Position numbers and translations under genes: made by a program
Notes under the pieces: model-generated
Told to the model about the DNA's origin: nothing
The model's input: only the letters and a program-made list of their open reading frames with translations
The model's database searches: none
Assembly (NCBI GenBank): GCA_963715305.1
Contig: CAVQSB010000014.1
Coordinates: 2,994 to 66,993 of the forward strand
From: an uncultured Actinomycetota bacterium
Lineage (GTDB): Bacteria > Actinomycetota > Acidimicrobiia > Spongiisociales > UBA4744
Length of the DNA: 64,000 nt
Reading direction: 5' to 3'
Part shown: piece by piece, positions 44,465-54,155 of the stretch
Numbering within the stretch: position 1 is the stretch's first letter
How the letters are laid out: each line of letters begins with the position of its first letter

Positions 44465-45461
44465 ATGCAGACACGGCTGATCGGGCTGGTGCTCGCATGG
44501 CGTTGGTCGGCGGCGCCTGCGCTTCTCAGCCCGTCGGCACCACCACCGCCGGGGAAACAACGACCAGCACAACGTCAGGACCACGACCTCGACTTCGAGC
44601 GTAGAAGCTCCCGTGATCGCAGACCTTCATCGGTGCCGATGGCGTTGAGTCGACGATCGCCGACACGAGTCGCATCGTCACGTTGAGCGGAGACCTGACC
44701 GAGACGGTATGGAAACTCGGATTCGGGGATTCGGTGGTGGCGACCGACGTCACCACCGTCTACCCCCCGGAAGCGATCGGGCTGCCGGTGGTGGGAGTGG
44801 GCCGCTTCCTGTCGGCAGAGGGAGTCCTGGCGCAGGACCCGACCCTGGTCATCGGTGACACCCAGACCTCTCCTCTGGAGGCGATCGAGCAGATCCGGAG
44901 TGCCGGGGTCCCCGTGGTGATCCTCGACGTACCGACCACATTTGACGGCCTATACGACAAAATCGAAGCCCTGGCCGACGCGCTCGGCGTCCCCGAGAGA
45001 GGTGCAGATCTCGCCGCCGAGGTCCGGTCCGGGAATCGAGCAGGCCCTTGCAGTCGGCGGCGCCACTCGAACCTAAACCGGGTATCGCTTTTGTGTACAG
45101 CCGGGGTCCCGATGTGATGTTGCTCTTCGGGTCGGAGATGACCACCCAGCCGCTCATCGAGGCCGCCGGCGGCACCGACGTGGGTGCTGCCAGCGGAGTG
45201 ACCGGCACCGTCTCGATCACTCCCGAAGCTCTCGTGGCGGCGGCGCCGGATGTCATCATCATCACCAGCGAGGGTTTGCAGGCGCTCGGCGGCGAAGCCG
45301 GGACTGCTGGCGATTCCTGGGTTTTGCCGAGACCCCGGCGGGTCGAGACGGGCGCATCCTCAACTATCCGGAAGGGGACTTCCTGACGTTCGGCCCGCGC
45401 ATCGCCGAGTCCCTCGAGCTGCTGATCGCCGATCTCCAGTCCGTACTTCGGAGATTCGTGA
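44465..45461 (+). CDS. Heme/cobalamin/Fe-siderophore ABC substrate-binding lipoprotein (HmuT-like), frameshifted
   Basis: RIVTLSGDLTE.V..LG...VVATD.T..YP, R.LSAEGVLA..P, EALVAAAPDVII, FGPR. Confidence 0.8.
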
Positions 45462-46496
45462 CCCAACCGGCCACCGCCACCGACCGCAAGACCGGTCGCC
45501 TCACGGCGGTGTTGGTTCTCGGAACCGGATTGCTGGCGCTGATGGTGGTTGGGCTCTTGAGTGGCGCGGTGGCGATCAACCCGGCCGACCTCCTCCATAT
45601 GTTCGGCCGCCGGCTCGGCTTGACCGACGATCCGGAACGTCTCACCGATTCGGTCCTGTGGGCCATCCGGCTTCCCCGGGTCCTGACAGGGGCGGTCGTC
45701 GGGGCCGGATTGGGGGTTGCCGGAGCGGCCCTGCAGGGGACGTTCCGCAATCACATGGCCGACCCGCATCTTGTCGGTATCTCCCCGGCCGCCGGCCTCG
45801 GCGCGGTGGCCGGAATCGCCCTAACTCCCGCAGGTGGCCCACCTCTGGTCATGATGCTGGGCGCCGCCGCTGGCGGCGCCGGTGCGGCGTTGCTGATGCG
45901 CAGAATCGCCAAGCGGGTCATCGACTCCAACCAGTTCATCCTGGTGGGACTCGCCTTGGGGCTGGCCATGCTGGCCTGGCTGGGGGCGATCGTCCTCGCC
46001 TGGGACAGCCCCAGGGTCCCGACGTTCACTTTTTGGGTCTTTGGGGGACTCGCCGGATCGACCTGGTCGGCGCTGGCCGCCGGAACACCAATCGTGCTCA
46101 TCGGTGCCGCGATAGTGGGCGCCTCCGCTCGATCCCTTGACCTTCTCTCCCTGGGTGAGACCGAAGCACGCCACGTCGGGGTGAACGTCGACCGGGTCAT
46201 CACCGTGATCCTGCTCGGTGTCGGCCTGGCGGTCGGAGGTGCTGTGGGTCTGGGCGGAGCGATCGGGTTCGTCGGCTTGATCGTCCCGCTCATCGTGCGC
46301 CGGTGGATCGGCCCTGCTCATGGCCTGGCTCCTCCTCGCTTCGGCACTGGGCGGCGCTGCCATGGTGGTGGCCGTGGACATCCTGGCCAGGACGGTCGCC
46401 GCCCCAATCGAGATTCCTGTCGGCCTCTTCACGGCGATCCTCGGCGCGCCGGTGTTCGTTTGGTTTCTCACGCGAGTCGGACGGTCACGGTCATGA
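45458..46496 (+). CDS. FecCD/HmuU ABC permease
   Basis: IRLPRVL, GAALQG.FRN..ADP..GIS, LGETEARHVGV, IGFVGLIVP, EIPVG..TA..GAP. Confidence 0.88.
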
Positions 46497-47311
46497 AGCC
46501 GGTAGTGCAGGCCGAGAGGATCATGTACCACCAGGGCGTCTGCGGTCCTGGTCGATGAGGTGAGCCTCACGGCGGATCCGGGTGAGATCCTGGGGATTGT
46601 CGGACCGAACGGTGCAGGCAAGACCACCCTGCTGCGAATCCTGGCCGGCGATCTAGCCCCGTCCGCCGGACGGGCCCGGGTGCAGGACGTCGACGCGTCC
46701 CGGACACCTCTGCAGGAACTGGCACATCTGCGCGCCTATCTGAGTCCCAAGGGGGTGTCCGAGAGTCCCTTCACCGTCCGGGATACGGTCACCATGGGCC
46801 GCCACCCGCACCGTCGAGCCGTCATCGACGCCGGCCGACCACGAAGCAATCGTGGAGTCGGCCATGGCACGAACCGACGTCATCCACTTCGCCGATCGGG
46901 TGATGACCAGTCTGTCGACGGGAGAGCAGCAGCAGGTTGGTCTGGCACGTGTGATAGCCCAGGAGACTCCCGTGCTTTTCCTGGACGAGCCGACTTCGTC
47001 ACTCGACATCGGACATCAGGAAAAGGTCATGCAAGTCTTGCGGTCATTGGCCCGGGAGGGCACCACCGTTCTGGTCATTCTGCACGACCTCAACCTCGCC
47101 GCCGCCCACACGGACCGCATGATCCTGCTCAACGGCGGCCGAGCGATCGCCACCGGACTTGCCCTCGGAGGTTTTGACGAGCGAGCGTCTGTCCTCGGTG
47201 TACCGCCAGCCGATCGAAGTGGTGCCGCATCCACACCGCACGTGCCCCCTGGTTCTCACTATCGATCCTGGGGACGGTTCTCTCCTGAAAGAGAGCCGAT
47301 GGTCCCGGTAG
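46493..47311 (+). CDS. HmuV-like ABC ATPase (frameshifted)
   Basis: [33 protein letters not shown]. Confidence 0.88.
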
Positions 47312-47341
47312 TGTTCGTCGACCAACAACAGGAGCACGATC

Positions 47342-47683
47342 ATGGCAATTACCGGCATGCACACACTCGTCTTCTCACCGGAGGCCGACGCAGTCCGCGC
47401 CCTCTTGCGAGACGCTTTCGGATGGAACCACATCGACACGGGTGACGGCTGGCTCAGCTTTGCTGCGCCCCCCACCGAGTTGGGCGTCCACCCCGGCGAG
47501 CAGCCCGGTCACTCGATCTCGCTCATGTGCGACGATCTCGCCGCCACCATGGATGAGCTCAGCGCCAAAGGCATCGAGTTCGGGCCGGTCGAGGAGAGAA
47601 GCTACGGGATGGTCACCACCATGCTCCTGCCGGGCGGCCTGACCATGATGCTGTACGAACCGACGCACCCGACGGTCAACTGA
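47342..47683 (+). CDS. VOC/glyoxalase family protein
   Basis: H.L.FS..ADA.RA, PP.ELGVHP, MCDDL, LYEP.HP. Confidence 0.8.
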   Translation: MAITGMHTLVFSPEADAVRALLRDAFGWNHIDTGDGWLSFAAPPTELGVHPGEQPGHSISLMCDDLAATMDELSAKGIEFGPVEERSYGMVTTMLLPGGLTMMLYEPTHPTVN

Positions 47684-47736
47684 CCCAGCCCGGGCAGACC
47701 CGTTTTATGGTCGAATCGGCTGGAGCGGCCGGTTGC

Positions 47737-47937
47737 TCAATACCGCCGTTTGATGGTTCGCGGGTCGTCGACAGTGATGGCCACGATGGGCGAATCCGCT
47801 TCCCTGCATTCAAGTGCTTCGGCGAGTTGCGCCCCCAGCTCGGCCTCCGACAACACCGGCGTAGGAAGTAGGTCGTCGGAGAGCCTCACGAAGATCCGGG
47901 CGCGGTATTCCTTGCTGGGCGGTCCTGCGTTGGCCAA
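47737..47937 (-). CDS. Small hypothetical protein
   Basis: 66 aa, SD aaggagg before TTG start. Confidence 0.5.
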   Translation of the reverse strand: MANAGPPSKEYRARIFVRLSDDLLPTPVLSEAELGAQLAEALECREADSPIVAITVDDPRTIKRRY

Positions 47938-48010
47938 GTCGCCTCCTTGGGTGAGCTGGTGTCGACGATACCGCCCATTTCGTTTCCGTGTTGGGACGGA
48001 GCGACTTGGG

Positions 48011-48421
48011 TCACAGTGGTTGAACGCGTCCGGGCGGCTGGTCCACCCGTCCGGCAGACGCCAGGCGCCGAATCACGCGATTGGCGACGGCCAGGAGCAG
48101 ATGAACAACGTGGTCCACGGCCAGATCAAACCTGGTCGGGCGTTCCCTGTCCGGATACAACCACCCCCACCAGTAGCCGAGACGCGGATCAATGGCTCTG
48201 CCGAGCGAATCAAATACCACATAGACCAGAACGGAAACCAGTACCAACCCGAGGATCGTGAGCACGTAGGGAGCAACGAAGGGAATGACCAGGGCGGCCA
48301 GCAGGGCGACGGCAATATGCCTTTGCATCCGTAAAGCCCGGACGTGCTCCCGGGTCACCAAGAGACCGGCGTTGGACGTCGACCCGAGGTTCGTCCCCCC
48401 GTTTTGATGGATGGCCTGCAT
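48011..48421 (-). CDS. Membrane protein, hypothetical
   Basis: SD aaggag, ATG at 48421, two TM segments. Confidence 0.55.
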   Translation of the reverse strand: MQAIHQNGGTNLGSTSNAGLLVTREHVRALRMQRHIAVALLAALVIPFVAPYVLTILGLVLVSVLVYVVFDSLGRAIDPRLGYWWGWLYPDRERPTRFDLAVDHVVHLLLAVANRVIRRLASAGRVDQPPGRVQPL

Positions 48422-48452
48422 GCGTCGACTCCTTCCGCAGGTATCTCCGGGA

Positions 48453-48481
48453 AGTATAGACCTCTTTAGTGCGTTTGTGAA
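48453..48481 (-). promoter_or_regulatory. Sigma70-type promoter for the 48421 gene
   Basis: Minus strand TTCACA-17 nt-TATACT about 30 nt upstream of the start. Confidence 0.5.
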
Positions 48482-48567
48482 TCCTCCAGCTGAAAGCCCG
48501 CAAGGGCTTGAATATGCGGGCGACATGGCCCTCACAGCACGCAGAGGACCAAAATCTTCGCGAGAGT

Positions 48568-48594
48568 TGTCGAAATCGGTGGCAGGACTTCGTC
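48568..48594 (+). promoter_or_regulatory. ECF42-type promoter
   Basis: TGTCGA-17 nt-CGTC upstream of the DGPF/YciI gene, matching the known ECF42 target motif. Confidence 0.65.
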
Positions 48595-48633
48595 GTATGG
48601 GCGAAGGTATCTCGAGAGCGAAGGGAGAACACG

Positions 48634-49005
48634 ATGCCTACATACGCAGCATTGATCTACGGGCCGGCCGAGGACGAGGGCCAGGGCACTCCAGAGGACT
48701 GGGCCGCGGTGATAGCCGAGTACAACGAGTTCGGAGAAAAGGCCGGAGCGGCCGGGGTCATGGCCGGAGGCGAAGCCCTTCAGGACACATCCACGGCAAC
48801 CACCATCCACGTGAAGGGCGGCAAGGGCGGCGAGTTGATCACCACCGATGGTCCGTTCGCCGAGACCAAAGAGGTCCTGGGCGGGTTCTACTTGCTCACA
48901 TGTGCCGACCTCGACGAGGCCATCCAGTGGGCCGCCCAGATCCCCGGCGCCTGGCACGGCCGGGTTGAGGTGCGGCCGATCGTCGACTTCTCCGAAGGAG
49001 CATGA
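48634..49005 (+). CDS. YciI/DGPF family protein
   Basis: GGEALQ...TATT, TDGPFAETKE.LGGFY, A..IP, VEVRP. Confidence 0.9.
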   Translation: MPTYAALIYGPAEDEGQGTPEDWAAVIAEYNEFGEKAGAAGVMAGGEALQDTSTATTIHVKGGKGGELITTDGPFAETKEVLGGFYLLTCADLDEAIQWAAQIPGAWHGRVEVRPIVDFSEGA

Positions 49006-50195
49006 CGGTCGACGAGATCGTCCGGATTGAGGGTGGCCGGGTACTGGCCACCCTCATCCGGTTGACCGGCGACTTCGGCCTGGCCGAGGACGCCCTCCAG
49101 GACGCGGTGGTCGTTGCCCTCGAGCAGTGGAACCGATCGGGCCCCCCAGACAACCCGGCAGCGTGGCTGACCACGGTGGCCCGCAACAAAGCTCTCGACC
49201 GCCTCCGGCGGGAGGCACGCCGATCCCACAAGGAAACCGAGGCTTTCCAGATGCTGGCCGACCCGCCCGGTCCTCCCCGGGGTGACGATCGCCTACGGCT
49301 CATCTTCACCTGCTGTCACCCAGCGCTGGCGCCGGCGACCCGGGTGGCGCTCACCCTGCGCACGATCGGCGGGTTGACGACCACTGAGATCGCCCGGGCG
49401 TTCCTGGTTCCTGAAACGACCATGGGACAGCGGATCAGCCGGGCGAAACGGAAGATCGCGGTGGCGCATATCCCCTACCGGGTCCCCGCGTCGCACGAAC
49501 TGCCCGACCGGCTACCGGCGGTACTGGCAGTGGTCTACCTCATCTTCACCACCGGTTACCACGCCCCCGGCGGGCGTCTGGATTCGCGAGTCAACCTGGC
49601 GCAGGAAGCGATCAGGTTGGGCCGCCTTCTCGTCGAGTTGATGCCGGACGAACCCGAGTGCCTCGGGTTGCTGGCCTTGATGCTGGCCACCCATGCTCGT
49701 CGCGACGCTCGCCTCGACCCGGTCGGAAACCTGGTGCTGCTGGCCGATCAGGACCGCCGCCGGTGGGATCACGCCGCCATTGCCGACGCGGCCGAGATCG
49801 TCGACCAGGTTCTGAGACGCCGGGCGGTCGGCACCTATCAAATCCAGGCGGCGATCGCCTGCCTGCACAGCCTCGCCGATTCGGACGCCACCACCGACTG
49901 GAAGCAGATCGTCGACCTCTACCGCAACCTCGAACAGGTCGCGCCATCCCCGGTGGTCCGGGTCAACCGGGCCGTGGCTGAAGCCAAGGTCTTCGGGCCG
50001 GAGACCGGACTCGCGCTGCTCGAACAGGCAGACGGGGTGGAACGGTGGCACCTCTACTGGTCTACGGTGGCCGCCCTCCACCGGCAGGCCGGCCGGACCG
50101 ATGCAGCGGCCCGGGCGTACCGTTCGGCCCTGGATTGCGAGATGAACGAGACCGACCGGACGTTCCTCGAGGAACAGCTTCAATCGCTCGAATGA
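49002..50195 (+). CDS. ECF42 RNA polymerase sigma factor with C-terminal TPR extension
   Basis: AEDALQDA, WL.TVARN.ALD, DDRLRLIFTCCHPAL, QRISRAK, L.DQDR.RWD, YQ.QAAIA..H. Confidence 0.9.
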   Translation: MTVDEIVRIEGGRVLATLIRLTGDFGLAEDALQDAVVVALEQWNRSGPPDNPAAWLTTVARNKALDRLRREARRSHKETEAFQMLADPPGPPRGDDRLRLIFTCCHPALAPATRVALTLRTIGGLTTTEIARAFLVPETTMGQRISRAKRKIAVAHIPYRVPASHELPDRLPAVLAVVYLIFTTGYHAPGGRLDSRVNLAQEAIRLGRLLVELMPDEPECLGLLALMLATHARRDARLDPVGNLVLLADQDRRRWDHAAIADAAEIVDQVLRRRAVGTYQIQAAIACLHSLADSDATTDWKQIVDLYRNLEQVAPSPVVRVNRAVAEAKVFGPETGLALLEQADGVERWHLYWSTVAALHRQAGRTDAAARAYRSALDCEMNETDRTFLEEQLQSLE

Positions 50196-50237
50196 CTCGA
50201 CGAACCGGCTCCCCATGGGTAGGTAACCTTGGTGGTG

Positions 50238-50705
50238 ATGAGCCGTCCGTCTCCGCGCTTGCAATGGTTCTTCAAGGCTACAGGCCGGTTATACCGGATG
50301 GGGCTGGGCCCGCTGCTGGGCCGACGATTCCTGGCGGTAACCCACCGGGGCAGGAAATCCGCAAAGCTGTATGACACGGTGCTCGAGGTGGCCGTTTACG
50401 ACCCGGCCACGCATGAAAGCATCGTGGTGTCCGCCTACGGCACGAAGGCCGACTGGTACCGTAATCTGCAGGCGAGTCCGGCCGTGCGGGTTCGAACGGG
50501 ACGCATGGACTACGTTCCCGAACATCGCATGCTCACCGAAGAGGAGGCGATCAACGCCGCGGCACAGTTCTGTCGGGACCATCCCTGGGAAGCCAAGCTC
50601 GCTCCCAGAGTGCTTCCGGCGATCGGGGCCGTCGCCCGCGGTTCGTCTGATCCGGTCGCGATGCTGGCTTCGCTGCCCATGGTCGCCTTTCGACCACAGC
50701 AGTGA
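50238..50705 (+). CDS. Deazaflavin-dependent oxidoreductase (Ddn/DUF385)
   Basis: THRGRKS...Y.T.LEV, ADWYRNLQA.P. Confidence 0.8.
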   Translation: MSRPSPRLQWFFKATGRLYRMGLGPLLGRRFLAVTHRGRKSAKLYDTVLEVAVYDPATHESIVVSAYGTKADWYRNLQASPAVRVRTGRMDYVPEHRMLTEEEAINAAAQFCRDHPWEAKLAPRVLPAIGAVARGSSDPVAMLASLPMVAFRPQQ

Positions 50706-50762
50706 TCCTCGGCTCGAGGGCAACCGCCAAGGATCCGGCCAACGTCTCGTCCGACAACCCGT

Positions 50763-51530
50763 CTAGGCCAGCCCGAAGCCTTGGTCGCGTATGACCGGCC
50801 CGAGTTCCGTGCGCTTTGGCTCAGCTACTCGACGGGCCGAATGCTCCATCCATCCGTAGTCCTCCATTTCCCCCGCTCCGCCGGGTACCGGCACCTGGCG
50901 CCCCCGATAGATACCGGTCTCGGCCATGACCCGGTCGTACTCCAGCAGTCCCGCCTCCTCGTCACCGACGTCATAGGTCTCCCAATGCAAGATGACCGAC
51001 GTGGGCAGCCGGGGCTTTGGTTTCGGCGTCTCCCCGGGCCAGCCCAACGTCATACCGGCGATGGGGAAGGTCAGCCGGGGCAGCTGCAACAATTCGATCA
51101 CTGCGGCCGGATCGTTGCGGATCGCTCCGATGTAGCAGGAGCCCAGTCCGAGCGATTCGGCGGCCAACGTGGCCGTCTGCATCAGGATGGCCACGTCGAC
51201 CGCAGCAACCAGGAACGGTTCGACATGTTCGGTCGGCTGTGTGTAGCCGCGGTACTCACAGATGCGGTCGAGCCGGCTGCGATCGGCACACCATGCCAGG
51301 AAGACCGGCGCCTCGGCTATCTGCGCCTGACCGCCACAGAGTTCCGACAGACGGGCCCGCCGGTCCGCGTCCGTGACGGCGACGACGCTGTACATCTGCA
51401 GGTTGGAGGAGGTGGGGCTGCGCTGGGCAGCCGCCACGATGCTCTCAACGAGCTCGGTCGGCACCGGCTCCGGACTGAACCTGCGGACCGAAGCGTGGCG
51501 GTAGATCTGTTCAATAACTGGCGTGGTCAT
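50763..51530 (-). CDS. NADPH-dependent nitro/flavin reductase (NfrA/NfsA-like)
   Basis: H.SVRRF, SPTSSNLQ.YS, AAESLGLG..YIGAIRN, KPRLP. Confidence 0.9.
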   Translation of the reverse strand: MTTPVIEQIYRHASVRRFSPEPVPTELVESIVAAAQRSPTSSNLQMYSVVAVTDADRRARLSELCGGQAQIAEAPVFLAWCADRSRLDRICEYRGYTQPTEHVEPFLVAAVDVAILMQTATLAAESLGLGSCYIGAIRNDPAAVIELLQLPRLTFPIAGMTLGWPGETPKPKPRLPTSVILHWETYDVGDEEAGLLEYDRVMAETGIYRGRQVPVPGGAGEMEDYGWMEHSARRVAEPKRTELGPVIRDQGFGLA

Positions 51531-51677
51531 ACTTCTCCCTGGATGATGCGTCATGAAACCACGCTTGGGGCCATGACCGGCCACGGGCCGCAGGTCGAAC
51601 CGCAGCGGCGATCCGGTATGCGATGGATCGAAGGACCGAATGACCTCAAGATCACCTGCAACGAGGTGACCGGTGGG

Positions 51678-52094
51678 TCAGCGGGGCTCGGCCTGCACGA
51701 TCGGTTCTTCGACGTTGTCGCCGGCGTCCGTCGATGCTTCGGCCAACGCGGAGGTGGAAGCCGCGCCCACCCAGGGGGCAGGCCCGGCCGTCGCTTCCTC
51801 TAATTTGGTGATGTAATAGGGCTCACCATAGGAAACCGCCAGATCGCAGTAGTCCTCGATCGTCTCACGGGCCAGATCGACGAGCGCATCACCAGCCGTC
51901 GTTTGGGCAGTCTTCCTGAAACGTTTGGTGCGCCTGGCCACCTTCTTGGGGAACTGCCGCGAGATCGGCGCGCCATCAGAACCCGTGTCGAGCGGGAACA
52001 ACGCCAGAGCGATGACCTCGGCGGCTTCACGGCTCAGGCCGCGATCGCTGACCAGGAGAGTGATCGCACGTATCCGTTTATGAGCCGACATCAA
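51678..52094 (-). CDS. Hypothetical protein
   Basis: 138-aa ORF with SD agggag. Confidence 0.5.
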   Translation of the reverse strand: MMSAHKRIRAITLLVSDRGLSREAAEVIALALFPLDTGSDGAPISRQFPKKVARRTKRFRKTAQTTAGDALVDLARETIEDYCDLAVSYGEPYYITKLEEATAGPAPWVGAASTSALAEASTDAGDNVEEPIVQAEPR

Positions 52095-52342
52095 AGACTC
52101 CCTTTGACAGTCTCATGAAAGGTGCGCTGCGCCGTTCGAAGGCGAGCCGATGGAGCACCCGGGTTTTCGATGCCCATTGGTATCGGCAACCACCGTCTTC
52201 ACCTTGATTTCTTCCCGGTAGCGGGTCAATGCAGCTGACCTATGCCTCAGGATTCGACCTTCTCGAGGAGAATCGCGAGGTCTTCGGAAGGCGTCCCGGG
52301 TCGGTGACGGCACCCGACCGATCCGCGACAAGGATCGCCCGG

Positions 52343-52528
52343 CTACTTCCTGACCCAGAAGGTGTTGCCGCAGTGGGGACACCCCAATTCGATTTCGCCA
52401 CTTATGAACACGGTTCCCGGCCGGGTCCGTCCGCTCTCGCGATATTCCTTGACCGGCACCGGCGCTCCGCAGGAGTCACACGGCTTGATCGTGAGGTTGC
52501 GCCACCACGCCCGCAAGAAGTCCGACAT
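52343..52528 (-). CDS. Small C4 zinc-ribbon protein
   Basis: CDSCG...CPHCG.TFW in 61 aa. Confidence 0.55.
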   Translation of the reverse strand: MSDFLRAWWRNLTIKPCDSCGAPVPVKEYRESGRTRPGTVFISGEIELGCPHCGNTFWVRK

Positions 52529-52815
52529 GATGCAAGGCTACGCCGGCCGGCGCAGAACCGGTCCATTGGCTGCAACGGACCGGCGAATGCAACTCCCATG
52601 CACGGCGCGTTCGCCGGTGTCCGATCTTTTCGACGTTCTGTCGGGTTGATAGACTGAAGGCCGGGCACGGAAGACGTCTTTGCGGAGTCGAATGAAGATT
52701 GCGCGCATAAGACGGATCGTCGACACATGCGGCACTGTCGACCGGAAGGCCAATAGCGGCCGCCGCAGGGTCTGGCGGAATCGAGCGCCGACCGATGCCC
52801 GAGAAGCCAAGAAAC

Positions 52816-53058
52816 ATGCATCGGCGCCTCCGCCTCTTGGCCATTCTTCTGGTGGGTTCAGCCTTCCTCGTACTCGGTCAAGCGACCGTCGCCGCCGGCC
52901 CCTTCGGAACCACTACCGGCGACCGGATGCTGCTCCGGCCTCCGCAAGAACCGGGACCTGCCGATGCCGCCTGCGTCACTTGCCACGAACAACACAGCGC
53001 CCGCGCCGACTGCACCACCTGCCACACCAACACCCACCCCGCAACCACCACCGACTGA
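52816..53058 (+). CDS. Tiny secreted diheme c-type cytochrome-like peptide
   Basis: Signal peptide (MHRRLRLLAILLVG...VAA), then CVTCH and CTTCH. Confidence 0.6.
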   Translation: MHRRLRLLAILLVGSAFLVLGQATVAAGPFGTTTGDRMLLRPPQEPGPADAACVTCHEQHSARADCTTCHTNTHPATTTD

Positions 53059-53504
53059 ACCTCCCCGGGTAATGCGCAGGCTCCAGACCTTGCGAGGATG
53101 GAGCTATGACAGGACAACTAAGGCCGGGGAGATACCCGGCGGAGATGCGGGATCGTGCGGGACGCAGGTGACGAAAGGAGCCGGCATGTTGAGCAACCTT
53201 ACCGCGCTGCCCAGGCGCTCAAAAGCGAGCACGTCACGACCGCCCGCAGAAGACATCCCACGCTTCGCTACGGAGATCGGGTTCCCGACTGGGTCACCAG
53301 CCCCATCGTCCGTCTCAGCACCAGGCGAACGTCGGTAGGCCACCACAAACGGCATCGGATTCACCAGGCCGCCTGAGGATCAACTCACCGCTGGTGCACC
53401 AGGGTCACGCCCCCTGGCCCTGCATCCACCGATCTTGCCACCGGGGTTCCACGCGAGATAGGCCCGGACCTGTGCCCGGACCCACCTCGCCTGCTCGATC
53501 GAGT

Positions 53505-53990
53505 TCAGCTGCCTTTGCTGGCTTCCGTCTCGATCCGCCATTCGGTGACGATCTTGCCGTCGTCGGCTACCAGCGACACCAGTGCCGCATCGGGGTGCTG
53601 TTTCACGGCCTTCTTGATCTCCTTGGCGATGGCCTTGTTGAACGCATCCCGGATACCCTCGGGAACGGTCCACCCGTTGTAGAACGCCTCGGTGATGTCG
53701 ACCACCAGCGTTCCGTCGTCGGCGGCCAGCTCCACCCGCAGGTTGGCCACGTAGTCGCCGTTCTCGTCGACGCCCTCGGTATCGATCAACATGACGCCGT
53801 CCTCGATCACGACTTCGACGGAATCGTTCTTCGGATCCCGTTCGAACTCGGCTGCGAGCGACTCGGCCGTTATCTCGCCATCGACCTGCAGCGACCCGTC
53901 GCCGTTGCGTTCGACATCGATGCTGCACGCACTCGCCAGCAACGCCAGTGTGGTCAGGACCGCCACCATCAGTACCTTCGTGGATCGCAT
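53505..53990 (-). CDS. Lipoprotein, hypothetical, divergent from the two-component system
   Basis: SD ggagg, lipobox ASAC, acidic beta-rich body. Confidence 0.7.
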   Translation of the reverse strand: MRSTKVLMVAVLTTLALLASACSIDVERNGDGSLQVDGEITAESLAAEFERDPKNDSVEVVIEDGVMLIDTEGVDENGDYVANLRVELAADDGTLVVDITEAFYNGWTVPEGIRDAFNKAIAKEIKKAVKQHPDAALVSLVADDGKIVTEWRIETEASKGS

Positions 53991-54100
53991 GGTTCACCTC
54001 CATGAACTTGCTTCTGCTTCCACCCTCATGTGACAGGATCCGGCCGCGGCCGACCAGTGGTTGGGGTCAGGTCGGCGCCTGCAGCGTGCATATAGCGACA

Positions 54101-54112
54101 TGACAGATGTCA
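54101..54112. promoter_or_regulatory. Palindromic operator, candidate NarL-type regulator site
   Basis: TGACA-GA-TGTCA between the divergent lipoprotein and HK/RR genes. Confidence 0.45.
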
Positions 54113-54155
54113 CAAAGCGCTCGTGGCCGGACGGATCAGCCCCGATAATGTCCCC

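Noticed and set aside
45300-45500. Apparent in-frame fusion of the ABC binding protein and permease
   Set aside because: One indel would restore the usual GTGA stop/start overlap at 45458-45461, and this region is indel-rich.
1-47311. Many split genes read as pseudogenes or programmed frameshifts
   Set aside because: Single-base shifts hit unrelated housekeeping genes (ppc, Kef, ABC, LLM) with almost no in-frame stops, which is typical of long-read indel error. Read polishing would settle it.
52680-52770. c-di-GMP-II riboswitch-like words (atgaag, ggcact, gccaatag)
   Set aside because: The downstream GTGCAACC pseudoknot partner is absent.
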